A stretch of 63,014 nt of DNA, counting the filler. It is 4 parts of 4 records of this genome, joined end to end, with 100 filler letters (N's around TTAATTAATTAA, not from the genome) between each part and the next. Parts side by side here need not be neighbours in the genome. Positions count along the whole stretch, not along the records: positions 39,706 to 57,866 come from SRR31147125_4613; positions 57,967 to 63,014 come from SRR31147125_4731; 2 more parts are not named here. One strand, given 5' to 3'. Positions 50,122-60,084 of this stretch are shown piece after piece (the stretch's first letter is position 1; each line of letters starts with the position of its first letter). The position numbers and the translations under genes were made by a program. The notes under the pieces were generated by a model. It saw nothing but the letters and a program-made list of their open reading frames with translations, was not told the DNA's origin and ran no database searches.

Positions 50122-51837
50122 TTATGCCCTCACATTTGCAGTAATCACGAGACATCCATTTTCATCCATACATTTAAAACGTACTTTTTTTACATTTGCA
50201 GGAATAACAAAAGTCTCTGCATAATTTATGCCATAAGAATCAAATTCACCCTTTAGACTTTCAATTGTCATGCGTTTCCCATCTACTAAATTACCCATAT
50301 GTACACTACCATTTGTATCTAAATCGATGGTTTCTTTAAAATTATATCTAAACGTGTTCAAAAACTCTCTTTCGTGTAATCCTGTTTTTTCAATTTGATC
50401 GGACACTTTGCTAATTTGATTAACTAGTTCATTTTTAACAAATTTTGTGTCTCTGGAGAAATCTAAGTTTTCAAATCCATGCTCGAGATGAACCGGTCTA
50501 GGTAATCCATCTAGTCCTAAACGCCCCCAATCCCACAACTTAAATGTGAATATATATACACAAGCACTTATCTCTAGAACCATCGTATTTCTCCCACTAC
50601 AATGGATTGTCCCAGCTGGTATTAAAAAATGGTCATGTTTTTTTGCTGGTAAAATATTAATATATTTTTTTTCATCTAATTTTTTTTCACCTTTATTAGC
50701 TACAATTAAATCATTTTTAAAAGCTTCTTTATCTATATTTTCTTTAAAACCAAGATAAACAACTGCATCATCTTTTGCATCTAAAATGTAATAACTTTCA
50801 TCTTGAGTATATGTCATCCCAAATTTTTCTTGAATATACTCAGTTTTCGGATGCACCTGTAAGCTAAGGTTTCCTCCTTCAAATGTATCTAACAAATCAA
50901 ATCGAATAGGAAAATGTTTTCCAAATCTTGCGTGTACTCGATCACCCATGAGTAATCTAGGTCTAAATTGTACAACATCTTGTGCTGGTAATTCAATGAC
51001 ACTTTGCCCGATTTGTATTTTAATACTATTTTCTTCTGGAACACCATCAAAACTCCATGCATAGTTTTCTTTCTTCGGATCAAGGTTACATGCTTCTTTC
51101 ATCCATTGACCACCCCAAACACCCGGATCAAAATATGGGACCATGCGAAATGGTCTATTTACTAATTGATCTAATATATAGCTGTATGTTTCTTGTGTTA
51201 TCATTTTTGGGTGATTCAAATCGGTATAATCAATCATATAATTCGCATTTTCCATATGCTTGTCTTTTATTCTATCTGCAACTCTCCACTCAACAAAATA
51301 TCCACGTTTATACTTTCTAAGGACATCTTCATCTGGATTGTTTACTTTAAAATTGGTTGCCCCTTTTCTATATCTCAACTGTATTTCCCATCTAGTTAAG
51401 CCAACCATAATTAAATAATCATGCTCAATCAATGTTGCACCAAAACCATAAATGATTGTCAATTCCTCTTTATTAATCATTTGATTGATTTGTTGAAGGT
51501 TAACTTTATGATAAAAATCTTCTATTTGATGCAAACTATACTTACCAAAAACTCTGTCATCAGTTAGATGATAATCAATCATCCGATTGATTTCGTTTTC
51601 ATCTTTTGCATATGATTCAATATTAATGATTTTTTGAGGCTTTAGTTTGTCTAACAGATTTTCTTTCAAGACTTGTAAGTCTACCCCAGGATATGTTTCA
51701 AAACAAATAACACCTTTTTTAATATGTTTTAATGTTTGAATGATTTTTGTTTCACTATCATCAATTTGATATTTCTTGCTGTTTAATCTAATAATCGGAT
51801 TTTTCTCATATGTATTTTTAAAATCTAAATATCTCAT
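50122..51837 (-). CDS. Long-form class I mannose-6-phosphate isomerase-like cupin protein
   Basis: PYFDPGVWGGQW, FPIRFDLLDT, NLSLQVHP, QDESYY, IPAGTIH, LEISA; about 225-aa N-terminal extra domain. Confidence 0.85.
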   Translation of the reverse strand: MRYLDFKNTYEKNPIIRLNSKKYQIDDSETKIIQTLKHIKKGVICFETYPGVDLQVLKENLLDKLKPQKIINIESYAKDENEINRMIDYHLTDDRVFGKYSLHQIEDFYHKVNLQQINQMINKEELTIIYGFGATLIEHDYLIMVGLTRWEIQLRYRKGATNFKVNNPDEDVLRKYKRGYFVEWRVADRIKDKHMENANYMIDYTDLNHPKMITQETYSYILDQLVNRPFRMVPYFDPGVWGGQWMKEACNLDPKKENYAWSFDGVPEENSIKIQIGQSVIELPAQDVVQFRPRLLMGDRVHARFGKHFPIRFDLLDTFEGGNLSLQVHPKTEYIQEKFGMTYTQDESYYILDAKDDAVVYLGFKENIDKEAFKNDLIVANKGEKKLDEKKYINILPAKKHDHFLIPAGTIHCSGRNTMVLEISACVYIFTFKLWDWGRLGLDGLPRPVHLEHGFENLDFSRDTKFVKNELVNQISKVSDQIEKTGLHEREFLNTFRYNFKETIDLDTNGSVHMGNLVDGKRMTIESLKGEFDSYGINYAETFVIPANVKKVRFKCMDENGCLVITANVRA

Positions 51838-51838
51838 G

Positions 51839-52440
51839 TTATTTATTCCTTTCTAAGTCAATGTTGTTCATGTATGGTGTGAACACTGGTTTTAAATGAT
51901 ATACGATTAGCCATGCTAAAGAACCAATTGCAAAAAGTAGAAAAATTGGATGAACCATAATAATTAAGAATGAAACAATAACAATCGACCCTATGATTTT
52001 TATATTTGTCCATAAATGATAATTACTAAGTATCATGATATTTTTAATCATTTCAAACTTTGTGTGTGTTTCAAATATTGAAAGTGCTGGAAAAAAATAG
52101 CACGCAAACACAATGAGTTCATAACTAATAACTATACTCATCAATAATAAAAATTCTTGGTTTTGAGCTATCGAATAACTAAACATTAAATAAGTTGAGC
52201 CTCCAAGTATCAACAAGCAAAAGTAAACCAATGTTGAAAATACAAAATTGTCCATAAAACTCTTTTTAAATGTACGAACAACATTGGTTGGTTCTTTTGT
52301 TTTAAACACATGAAACATCACACCAAATAATGCAGTTGTTGATGCACCTAGCGTTAATAACACTCCTAAAAACTCACCAAAATCCATATAAAATTTGCAA
52401 ATATAACATCTGTAAAATTTCGATAAGCTTCTTTAAACAT
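51839..52440 (-). CDS. DUF624/YesL-like membrane protein (frameshifted at 52368-52372)
   Basis: RBS GGAG, ATG at 52440: MFKEAYRNFTDVIFANFIWILVSF joins LGVLLTLGASTTALF...FKKSF..NF with one extra T. Confidence 0.75.
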
Positions 52441-52449
52441 AGTTTTCTC

Positions 52450-53283
52450 CTACTTTTTAAATTTTATGACTAGAAAAACCCCTAAACCAATAACTGCTAC
52501 AGCTGCCACTGATAATCCTATAATAAGACCTGTATTTGTAAATTCTTCACTTAATTCAAATGAGTCTGATTCAACATAAATTACTTTACCTGTGAAATCA
52601 CCATCTTCTGCATCAGGATCATAATAACTTAACTCTTCTATTGATTCATCACCCATCTTGACTGTATAACCTGCAAGAACTGCAATGTCTGCTTTTGTTA
52701 CGAATGTTGCTAAATCAGCTTCATCATAAATGTCATTCCATATGCCATCAATTGCCCAATCTAATGAAGCTTCTACAATTGCTTTTGATTCTTTAAATGT
52801 TAATGTTTTTTTAAATCCACCTTCAATTGTTAATGATGGTTTTTCACTATCGTCAAAATCACTCCAACTTAAATTTGGTGATAGGTCAACTAATTTTTCA
52901 TATTTATCTAAAAAGTCATCAAAATCATCAAAATCATATGACAATGTAAAATAACGATGATATCCATCAACTCTAGCTTCTTCAACTGTAATAAACTCAG
53001 GTGCATTCTCTTCTAACCAGTCTTGAATGGCGATAACTCCACCATCAATATGTTTATCATTTAAAACCGCACCTTTCCCTTCTGTTCCCTCAGGATCATC
53101 AGGATTTCCTATTGCAGTATCTGATAAAGTGTCATCCATTACATCTAATGTAATGACTCTTGTTCCAGAACCATCTGCATTAAATGTTGTTACAATACCA
53201 ATCTCACCATTCCAACATGCTGTAAGTGTAATCGCTAATACAGCCATTAAAACAAGTACAATAATTTTCTTTGTTTGTTTCAT
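52450..53283 (-). CDS. Acidic lipoprotein with additional C-terminal TM anchor
   Basis: MKQTKK...LTAC lipobox; FNADGSG; C-terminal GLIIGLSVAAVAVIGLGVFLVI-KFKK. Confidence 0.75.
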   Translation of the reverse strand: MKQTKKIIVLVLMAVLAITLTACWNGEIGIVTTFNADGSGTRVITLDVMDDTLSDTAIGNPDDPEGTEGKGAVLNDKHIDGGVIAIQDWLEENAPEFITVEEARVDGYHRYFTLSYDFDDFDDFLDKYEKLVDLSPNLSWSDFDDSEKPSLTIEGGFKKTLTFKESKAIVEASLDWAIDGIWNDIYDEADLATFVTKADIAVLAGYTVKMGDESIEELSYYDPDAEDGDFTGKVIYVESDSFELSEEFTNTGLIIGLSVAAVAVIGLGVFLVIKFKK

Positions 53284-53309
53284 TTTTTTCTCCCTTTATT
53301 TTTTTATAA

Positions 53310-54221
53310 TTAACTTTCTTCTCCTAAATAAACAACAAATTTATTTAGTTTTAAAGCTATTACCGTTATCACTAAAACTATTACTAATAAAATCCATGCC
53401 ATAGCACTTGCCATACCCATTGCATTATCGCTCATCATCTTATCAAACATGTAGTATGCATAATAATAAGTTGATCGTGACGGGCCACCACCTGTCATAA
53501 TGTATGCTATAGTAAATACCTGAAATCCTCCTATTAGACCCATAATTAGATTAAAAAATATGGAAGGCGTCATCAGAGGTAAGGTTATATATATAGTTTT
53601 TTTTAACCAGTTTGCTCCATCAACTTCTGCAGATTCATATAAACTTTTGGGAATATCTTGCATTTGTGCAAGATATATCACCATTGATCCACCAGCAGTC
53701 CATAATCCCATAAGAATCAATGTCATTTTTGAAGTTGACGCTGATTGATGCCACTGAAGAGGTTCCATTTGCAATAATTTATATATCGGATCTAAAACTT
53801 CATTAATTATCCCAAAACTAGGTTGAAATAACCACAACCATAACAAACTCATCGCAACGATACTGACTACATTAGGTAAGTAAAATAATGTGCGATAAAT
53901 ACTAATACCTTTTATTTTATTGTTTAACAATAGTGCTAAACAAATCCCAACTATTAATCCTAGTGGTACAGCAATAAAGACATGGTATATCGTATTACCC
54001 AAACTTTGCCAAAATAGACTATCGTTAGTAAACAATATTGCATAGTTTTCAAAGCCTATAAATTTAGGATTACCAATCATATCATATGTTGTAAAACTTA
54101 TATAAAATGATGCCAATATGGGAAATGCACCAAGGAGTATAAGTCCTAATAGCCAAGGAGATGCAAATATATATCCTATGATATTTTCACGTTTTTTCAA
54201 TTGGTTAATCGTTGTTGCCAT
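53310..54221 (-). CDS. Carbohydrate ABC transporter permease
   Basis: FIGFENY, YRTLFYLP, EAA-like IPKSLYESAEVDGA, ITLPLMTP. Confidence 0.93.
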   Translation of the reverse strand: MATTINQLKKRENIIGYIFASPWLLGLILLGAFPILASFYISFTTYDMIGNPKFIGFENYAILFTNDSLFWQSLGNTIYHVFIAVPLGLIVGICLALLLNNKIKGISIYRTLFYLPNVVSIVAMSLLWLWLFQPSFGIINEVLDPIYKLLQMEPLQWHQSASTSKMTLILMGLWTAGGSMVIYLAQMQDIPKSLYESAEVDGANWLKKTIYITLPLMTPSIFFNLIMGLIGGFQVFTIAYIMTGGGPSRSTYYYAYYMFDKMMSDNAMGMASAMAWILLVIVLVITVIALKLNKFVVYLGEES

Positions 54222-54235
54222 TTATCTCACTCCTT

Positions 54236-55540
54236 TTAATTTGTTCGCTCCCAGTTTTCTTTTTTCTGTAAGTAATTATCTCTTGCTGCAGCTAGTGCTT
54301 GAGCTGAAGTTAATTCGCCATTTAGTGCTTGTGTATAATATGTATCCCAATCAGCACCATGCCAACTTGGTGCATAAGGTACATAAACTTTATCAACAGC
54401 GTAATCAACCTCTTCTAGTAATTTTTGAAGTATCGGTTTATCTTCTGCATATTTGTCCATTGCATCTATATGTCCCATGATCCATCCAGTAGCATCAGCA
54501 AGTTCTATTTGCACATCTTCACTCATTAAATATTTTAAGAACTTATATGTTCCATCTCTACTTTCAACGTCATCATCTTGGTTATCATACATTTCAATTG
54601 AGAAACCACTTCCCCAATTTACTCTAATCCCATCATTTTCAGGTATCGGAATTGGGACAACCGTATAATTAAAGTCAGCACCACTACTTTCAATCGTATG
54701 ATACAATTCATCAACATCAACAATCATTGCTACTCTTTCAGCAGCAAAAGCATTAATACCTAATAAAGCATTGGCTTCACCAAATGATGTTAATTGACTT
54801 CTAGAAAAATCATCATTAAAATCTACTACCCAATCTAAGACATCAATATGACCTTGTGTATTTAATGTGGGATCAAGATTGTCATCGAAAAAGTCTAATC
54901 CTGTTTGCCATAGCCATCCATGAAAAGTTGCACTACCATATGTTGGATCAAACCCTAAGCGTTGAATATCACCATCGTTTGTCTTATCAAAGAGTTTCGC
55001 AACAACTTCAAGTTCTTCCCAAGTTGTTGGTATATCATCTTCATCCAGTCCCACTTCTTCAAACATATCTAAATTTACATAAAGTGCTCTAGTCGTTGCA
55101 GTAAATGGCATCGCATAAATGGCATTTTCATATGAAGCAAAATCTAACTGTGAATCTCTATACTGCTCCAAATTAATCAATTGTTCATTAGATACATCAG
55201 TCTCCATTAGTTCTGAAATATTATAAAGAACCCCTTGACTTGCTCTTGATTCAACATCATCAATCGTAGATAAACCAATATCAGGTGCTGTTCTAGAACT
55301 TACTGCAACATTAATTTTGTCCCAATAATCCCAAAACGAGAACCCTGTCCCTTTAACATAGTACGAATCTTGTGAATCATTAAACTCTTTTATAATTGCT
55401 TTCACTCCTGAATATGATTCACTACCAACTGGAGACATATGCCAAAAATCAATTACTGTTCTGTCTCCTACTTCATCATTACACGCTATGAGTGTTAAAC
55501 TCACAAATAACATTACAAATACAAAGCATATTTTTTTCAT
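54236..55540 (-). CDS. Carbohydrate ABC transporter substrate-binding lipoprotein
   Basis: LIAC lipobox, APDI, YAMPF..ALYVNLDMFEEVGL, PTTWEEL. Confidence 0.92.
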   Translation of the reverse strand: MKKICFVFVMLFVSLTLIACNDEVGDRTVIDFWHMSPVGSESYSGVKAIIKEFNDSQDSYYVKGTGFSFWDYWDKINVAVSSRTAPDIGLSTIDDVESRASQGVLYNISELMETDVSNEQLINLEQYRDSQLDFASYENAIYAMPFTATTRALYVNLDMFEEVGLDEDDIPTTWEELEVVAKLFDKTNDGDIQRLGFDPTYGSATFHGWLWQTGLDFFDDNLDPTLNTQGHIDVLDWVVDFNDDFSRSQLTSFGEANALLGINAFAAERVAMIVDVDELYHTIESSGADFNYTVVPIPIPENDGIRVNWGSGFSIEMYDNQDDDVESRDGTYKFLKYLMSEDVQIELADATGWIMGHIDAMDKYAEDKPILQKLLEEVDYAVDKVYVPYAPSWHGADWDTYYTQALNGELTSAQALAAARDNYLQKKENWERTN

Positions 55541-55551
55541 TTTCTTCTCCC

Positions 55552-56421
55552 TTATCCTTTAATTCCTGTGAAGGTTATACCTTCTATAAAACTTTTTTGT
55601 GCCATAAAAAATATTATTAATGTTGGTAACATAATTAATATTGCTGCAGCCATCATGAGATCGAATCTACCACCATATTGAGTTTGAAATGCTCTTAACC
55701 CTAGTGCGAGTGTCCAATGTTCTGGATTACTTAAAAAGATAAGTGGTCCAAAGTAATCATTCCATGTTGCCATAAATGTAAATAATGCAACTGTAATCAG
55801 TGCTGGTTTTACAAGAGGTAGCATAATTTTAATAAATATTTGAAAGTGATTTGCGCCATCAATAATTGCACTTTCTGACAATTCTTTAGGAATTCCCTTA
55901 AAAAACTGTCTAAGTAAAAAGATGTAAAAAGCTGCACCACCGCCAAAAAACGCAGGTATCACAAGCGGCAATCTAGTGCCTAACCACCCAATTTTCGCAT
56001 ACATAATATATGTTGGTATTAAAATAACTTGTATTGGAATCATTAGAGTGGCAAGCATCACAATAAACCATTTGTCTCTACCCTTCCATTCAAGCTTAGC
56101 AAACGCATAAGCTGCTGTGGTTGCTGAAAAAATGGTACCTGTCATCACTAAGATAACTATGATTAAACTATTTTTTAAATAGAGAAAGAATGGAATGGAT
56201 TGTACTGCTGTAATAAAATTGCTCCATTGTGGATCAGTAGGGAAAAATGATTGTGTCCCTTGCAACAACTCTTGCGGTGTTTTTAATGCTGTAAATAACA
56301 TCCATAAAAACGGAAATAAGAAAATGAAACTCAAGAGAATTAATACAATATGTAATATGGTGTGAGATATAAGAGTTTTTTGCTTTTTACTCATCCACTT
56401 CTTTTTTTCGATATGATTCAT
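55552..56421 (-). CDS. Carbohydrate ABC transporter permease
   Basis: AYAFAKL, IFLLRQFFKGIPKELSESAIIDGA, WNDYFGPLI. Confidence 0.93.
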   Translation of the reverse strand: MNHIEKKKWMSKKQKTLISHTILHIVLILLSFIFLFPFLWMLFTALKTPQELLQGTQSFFPTDPQWSNFITAVQSIPFFLYLKNSLIIVILVMTGTIFSATTAAYAFAKLEWKGRDKWFIVMLATLMIPIQVILIPTYIMYAKIGWLGTRLPLVIPAFFGGGAAFYIFLLRQFFKGIPKELSESAIIDGANHFQIFIKIMLPLVKPALITVALFTFMATWNDYFGPLIFLSNPEHWTLALGLRAFQTQYGGRFDLMMAAAILIMLPTLIIFFMAQKSFIEGITFTGIKG

Positions 56422-56435
56422 ATTTTTTCCTTTCT

Positions 56436-57866
56436 CTAATGGTTTATTTTTAATCGAATAAATCTGGGTTGATATATAAGACAGTTAGACATATTATGAT
56501 CGAAATCATATGTATTTGTATTATAAGAAACTAAAATATCATCACTTTTTGACAAATGCGGATGCGCCTTAGCATTATAAGTGTATGTTGTATGTTTAAA
56601 AATTTCTTTCTCTTTAGTTTTATAAATTTTTTGTGGTTTGCTAAACGGGCCATATGGTGTATCTCCAATTGCTATAGCTACATACGGTGTATTTACGTCA
56701 TATGTGAACACTGCAATATATTTATTTTCAAATGGACCTTTTTGAATATGAGAAACTGATAATTCACATGAAACATGTTGGAGAATAGGTGCGGATTTTA
56801 ATATATCGTGACAGAATTTTTGTCCATCATAGAAAGTCCAATCATCGAAGAATTCAAAATTTTCTTCTTGAACTCGTGCAACGATTAATTCTCTAAGTCC
56901 CATTGTAGTTTTATATCCATAAATATAAATATATCCATCAGGATTTTTTGCACCAGATTGTTTTGTTTGAGGCATGATTCCTGCACCATATACATATTCA
57001 CTTTTTCCATCATGAGCCATTAAAGGTGCATTCTTTTGCTTTCTTTCTTCTGGTAAAATCTTTTTGTTTTTCATTGGTGTTTTAAACAAAGATGTTCCTG
57101 TAATTTTAAATTGAAGTCCTTCAGGTTGAGTTAAATCTTCATTAACAATGAGCGGGATAAAGTATAAATTATCATTGATAACAACACCGTCTTGCAACCA
57201 AATCCAAGAATGATTTTCTTCAATGCTGAAAATAGAGTTTGAAACAACTTCGATATCACGGTATAGCTTGTCGTGACAATAAAACTTAACTTTATTTAAT
57301 CCAAGTAGCCCTTCTTTGTAAGTCTCATCATTGTATTGGTTTATACCTACTAATTTAATGTATTTTACACGACAGTTAATGTCGAGTGTTTCAAATGTTT
57401 CGTATCCTTTAGATTGCTTTAATTGGTGTTTTTTTAACAATTGATAATGTTTGCCGTCTAAGCTACCTAAAATTTGGATATCTTTGATTCCTCTTTTACT
57501 TAACATGTCATCTTCATCTTGATAATAATTTGAAATTTTAATATGGGTAATATCTCTAGGTTTGTAAAAATTAAATATAATTTCTATCGGATCTTCAGAG
57601 TAACTGCTTAGATAATTATTTTTAATATTTTTTGGATCATATGCAATCAATTGGGTTGGTACAGTTCCTGAGACATCTTTTGTTTTATCCATTTGATAAA
57701 ATGCTTTAATAGAGCCATCTATTGTCTGATTTATATGAAATGACATGATGTCTTCTTCATAATATGCATAGCTATTATTTGGCATTAAATGTGGTTGATA
57801 TCTTTGATGAGTTTTTTCGTTTGATTTCCCTACAAAAGTATCGCCGAATATAAATAAAGTTTTTTT
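56436..57866 (-). CDS. DUF4185/DUF5005-like beta-propeller protein with inserted discoidin-like domain (N-terminus cut by contig end)
   Basis: Frame open upstream of 57785: TLFIFGDTFVG; WIWLQDG; YIYIYG; YNAKAHPHLS...LVSYN.N...YQPRF; insert with IKISNY..RGIKDIQILGSLDG..KYIKL..GLNKVKF. Confidence 0.6.
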   Translation of the reverse strand, partial: KKTLFIFGDTFVGKSNEKTHQRYQPHLMPNNSYAYYEEDIMSFHINQTIDGSIKAFYQMDKTKDVSGTVPTQLIAYDPKNIKNNYLSSYSEDPIEIIFNFYKPRDITHIKISNYYQDEDDMLSKRGIKDIQILGSLDGKHYQLLKKHQLKQSKGYETFETLDINCRVKYIKLVGINQYNDETYKEGLLGLNKVKFYCHDKLYRDIEVVSNSIFSIEENHSWIWLQDGVVINDNLYFIPLIVNEDLTQPEGLQFKITGTSLFKTPMKNKKILPEERKQKNAPLMAHDGKSEYVYGAGIMPQTKQSGAKNPDGYIYIYGYKTTMGLRELIVARVQEENFEFFDDWTFYDGQKFCHDILKSAPILQHVSCELSVSHIQKGPFENKYIAVFTYDVNTPYVAIAIGDTPYGPFSKPQKIYKTKEKEIFKHTTYTYNAKAHPHLSKSDDILVSYNTNTYDFDHNMSNCLIYQPRFIRLKINH

Positions 57867-57966
57867 NNNNNNNNNNNNNNNNNNNNNNNNNNNNNNNNNN
57901 NNNNNNNNNNTTAATTAATTAANNNNNNNNNNNNNNNNNNNNNNNNNNNNNNNNNNNNNNNNNNNN
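57867..57966. other. Artificial contig spacer
   Basis: N44-TTAATTAATTAA-N44. Confidence 0.98.
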
Positions 57967-57994
57967 TTAATTTTGAATATTATGCAAAGCTCTT

Positions 57995-58813
57995 TTATTG
58001 AGAATAATCAGAAGAATATTTATGCACTCTATCCGCCATTTTCTTTAAGTCTGCAATACTTGTATCAATATCATATTGTGCTCTATTTGATGAAGTATTT
58101 AAATTACCAACTTTAATTCTCATATTATCAATATCCGTTATAGCTTGTTCATTAACAGATAAAAGTTTCTCTATACCTTCTAACTGTTTTTTACTCATAG
58201 ACTTTCTATATCTAAGTGATGATAGTTCATCTTGCATCTCTTTAGTCATAGAGTTTGCCTTTTTAATAGATTCGATTCTGCTTTCAATGTACTCTAAATC
58301 GATATCCTCCACAGCTTTATATACGTTTTTGATTTTTTCGAGATTATCCAAAATGTTTAGATAAACTTCCTCAGTTGCTCCTAGGAATCTATCGTATGTC
58401 ATCTCTGTTGTTTCAAGCTTGCTATCTAGAATATCTTTGAATTTATCAAATTTATCAATGATTCTGAATAGTTGCTCAGATGATCTTCTGGCACTTTGAC
58501 CATAATGTGCCGAGTTAAATAGTTCTGTAAACTGAACTCTAAGTGTTTCGACTAAGTTTTTTATCTCTCTTTTATATGAAACACCGTTTTGGTCTTTTAC
58601 TTCAACTTGAGCAGTTGTAGTAGTAGTCTGAACACTTGCTGAAACTTGCGTTGTTCCTCTAGGGCCTCCTATTGAAAGTGTTCCAGATATTTCTCTAAGT
58701 AAGGCACCTATTACAATTCCTACTCCAAGGAGTAAAAAAGGTCGTAATACAATAATAACTATTATCCCAATAATAATAGGGATTAAATTTTTAATTTCAA
58801 ATTTCATAATCAT
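57995..58813 (-). CDS. Membrane-anchored coiled-coil protein, XpaC-like (Ter/TelA-associated type)
   Basis: N-terminal TM hairpin; helical body (F..IL..K...TEMTYDRF..ATEEVY..ILDNL; NEQAIT.ID); context downstream of ter genes. Confidence 0.5.
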   Translation of the reverse strand: MIMKFEIKNLIPIIIGIIVIIVLRPFLLLGVGIVIGALLREISGTLSIGGPRGTTQVSASVQTTTTTAQVEVKDQNGVSYKREIKNLVETLRVQFTELFNSAHYGQSARRSSEQLFRIIDKFDKFKDILDSKLETTEMTYDRFLGATEEVYLNILDNLEKIKNVYKAVEDIDLEYIESRIESIKKANSMTKEMQDELSSLRYRKSMSKKQLEGIEKLLSVNEQAITDIDNMRIKVGNLNTSSNRAQYDIDTSIADLKKMADRVHKYSSDYSQ

Positions 58814-59026
58814 CTCCCTTTTAGATCAATTGCTTAAAGAGCCAACTAAAGATAAGAAATCATCGACGCTTTAACGATTATATTTTTATCTTTAGTGTCT
58901 CTAATTATAATTGATTCATATGTTAAATTCATTTTCAAAACTAAGTAGACCAAATCTCAATTAACATATTCCGAAAGCAAATCCCCTAAATCTCTATTTA
59001 TAAAAAAGGGATTAGGTGATTTTTCT

Positions 59027-60049
59027 TTATAATATTCCCATTCCTCGAAGAACTACATATCCAAGGAAACAAATATAACTGATTCCCATTGTAATACCGC
59101 TTTTTTTACTAATACCTTTTTTATTAAGCAGGGTATAAGCTGTAGTTAGCATTGATATTATTAGGAAAAATATAATACCCAAGTTTTCACGTACTCCTAC
59201 AGGTACAGGTTCTTTTACAAGTAATAAAGGTACCCCTAGACAGATACTGATATCAAAGATGTTTGAACCAACAGCATTTGATAATGCACCATCAATATCT
59301 CCTCTTGTAGAAGATTTAACAGATAGCAAAGTATCAGGAATCGATGTTGCCGATGCCAGTACAATTAGTGATACGATAATAGTTGGAATATTAAGTGTAG
59401 TAGAAACTACAATTGCACTTTTTACGATTAATTCAATAAGTACATAAATTCCAAATAGGCAAAGTATAATAATTGGCATGATTTTTGAGTATGGTTTATC
59501 TCCACCAGCTTCCTCAATCTCCTCGCTTCTTTCTTGAACTGACTCTCTATGCTCTTTTGTATCTGTGTAAAGTTTGAATAGATAGCCAAGATAAACAGAG
59601 ATTAGTGTAACACCAGTTATTTTAGTGTAACTTCCCATAAATGTAAAAGCAATAAGAATAACAATTGCTAATAAATAGAAAAACATATCTCTGTATGTAC
59701 TTTTCTTATCTAAGTGAAGATTGATATTTGATCCTTTGAAAAACCAAATAGATAACATAGGAATAAGTAATATATTAAATATTCCACTTCCTGCAATTGT
59801 ACCAAATCCAATATCATTGAATTTGTGATGAACAGTTACAGCAACTATTGCCGTGAAAAATTCAGGTAATGAACTTGCTATAGCATCAAATGTAGCCCCT
59901 CTTACACTATGTGGTAGATTTAGTTTAAGTCCCACAAGGTGCAATTCATCGGATAGCTTGTCTGCGACAAAGTTCAGAAAATACGATGCAACTAATATTA
60001 CAACTATTGCAAGGTAAAAATTATTTATTAATCCGGTTAAATGTTCCAT
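59027..60049 (-). CDS. CaCA-family Na+/Ca2+ (cation) antiporter
   Basis: Alpha-1 repeat AIASSLPEF..GTIAGSGIFNI and alpha-2 repeat ASATSIPDT..SNAVGSNIFDI. Confidence 0.9.
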   Translation of the reverse strand: MEHLTGLINNFYLAIVVILVASYFLNFVADKLSDELHLVGLKLNLPHSVRGATFDAIASSLPEFFTAIVAVTVHHKFNDIGFGTIAGSGIFNILLIPMLSIWFFKGSNINLHLDKKSTYRDMFFYLLAIVILIAFTFMGSYTKITGVTLISVYLGYLFKLYTDTKEHRESVQERSEEIEEAGGDKPYSKIMPIIILCLFGIYVLIELIVKSAIVVSTTLNIPTIIVSLIVLASATSIPDTLLSVKSSTRGDIDGALSNAVGSNIFDISICLGVPLLLVKEPVPVGVRENLGIIFFLIISMLTTAYTLLNKKGISKKSGITMGISYICFLGYVVLRGMGIL

Positions 60050-60084
60050 TTTTACTTTTATCTCTCCTTTTATATAAACGGTGG

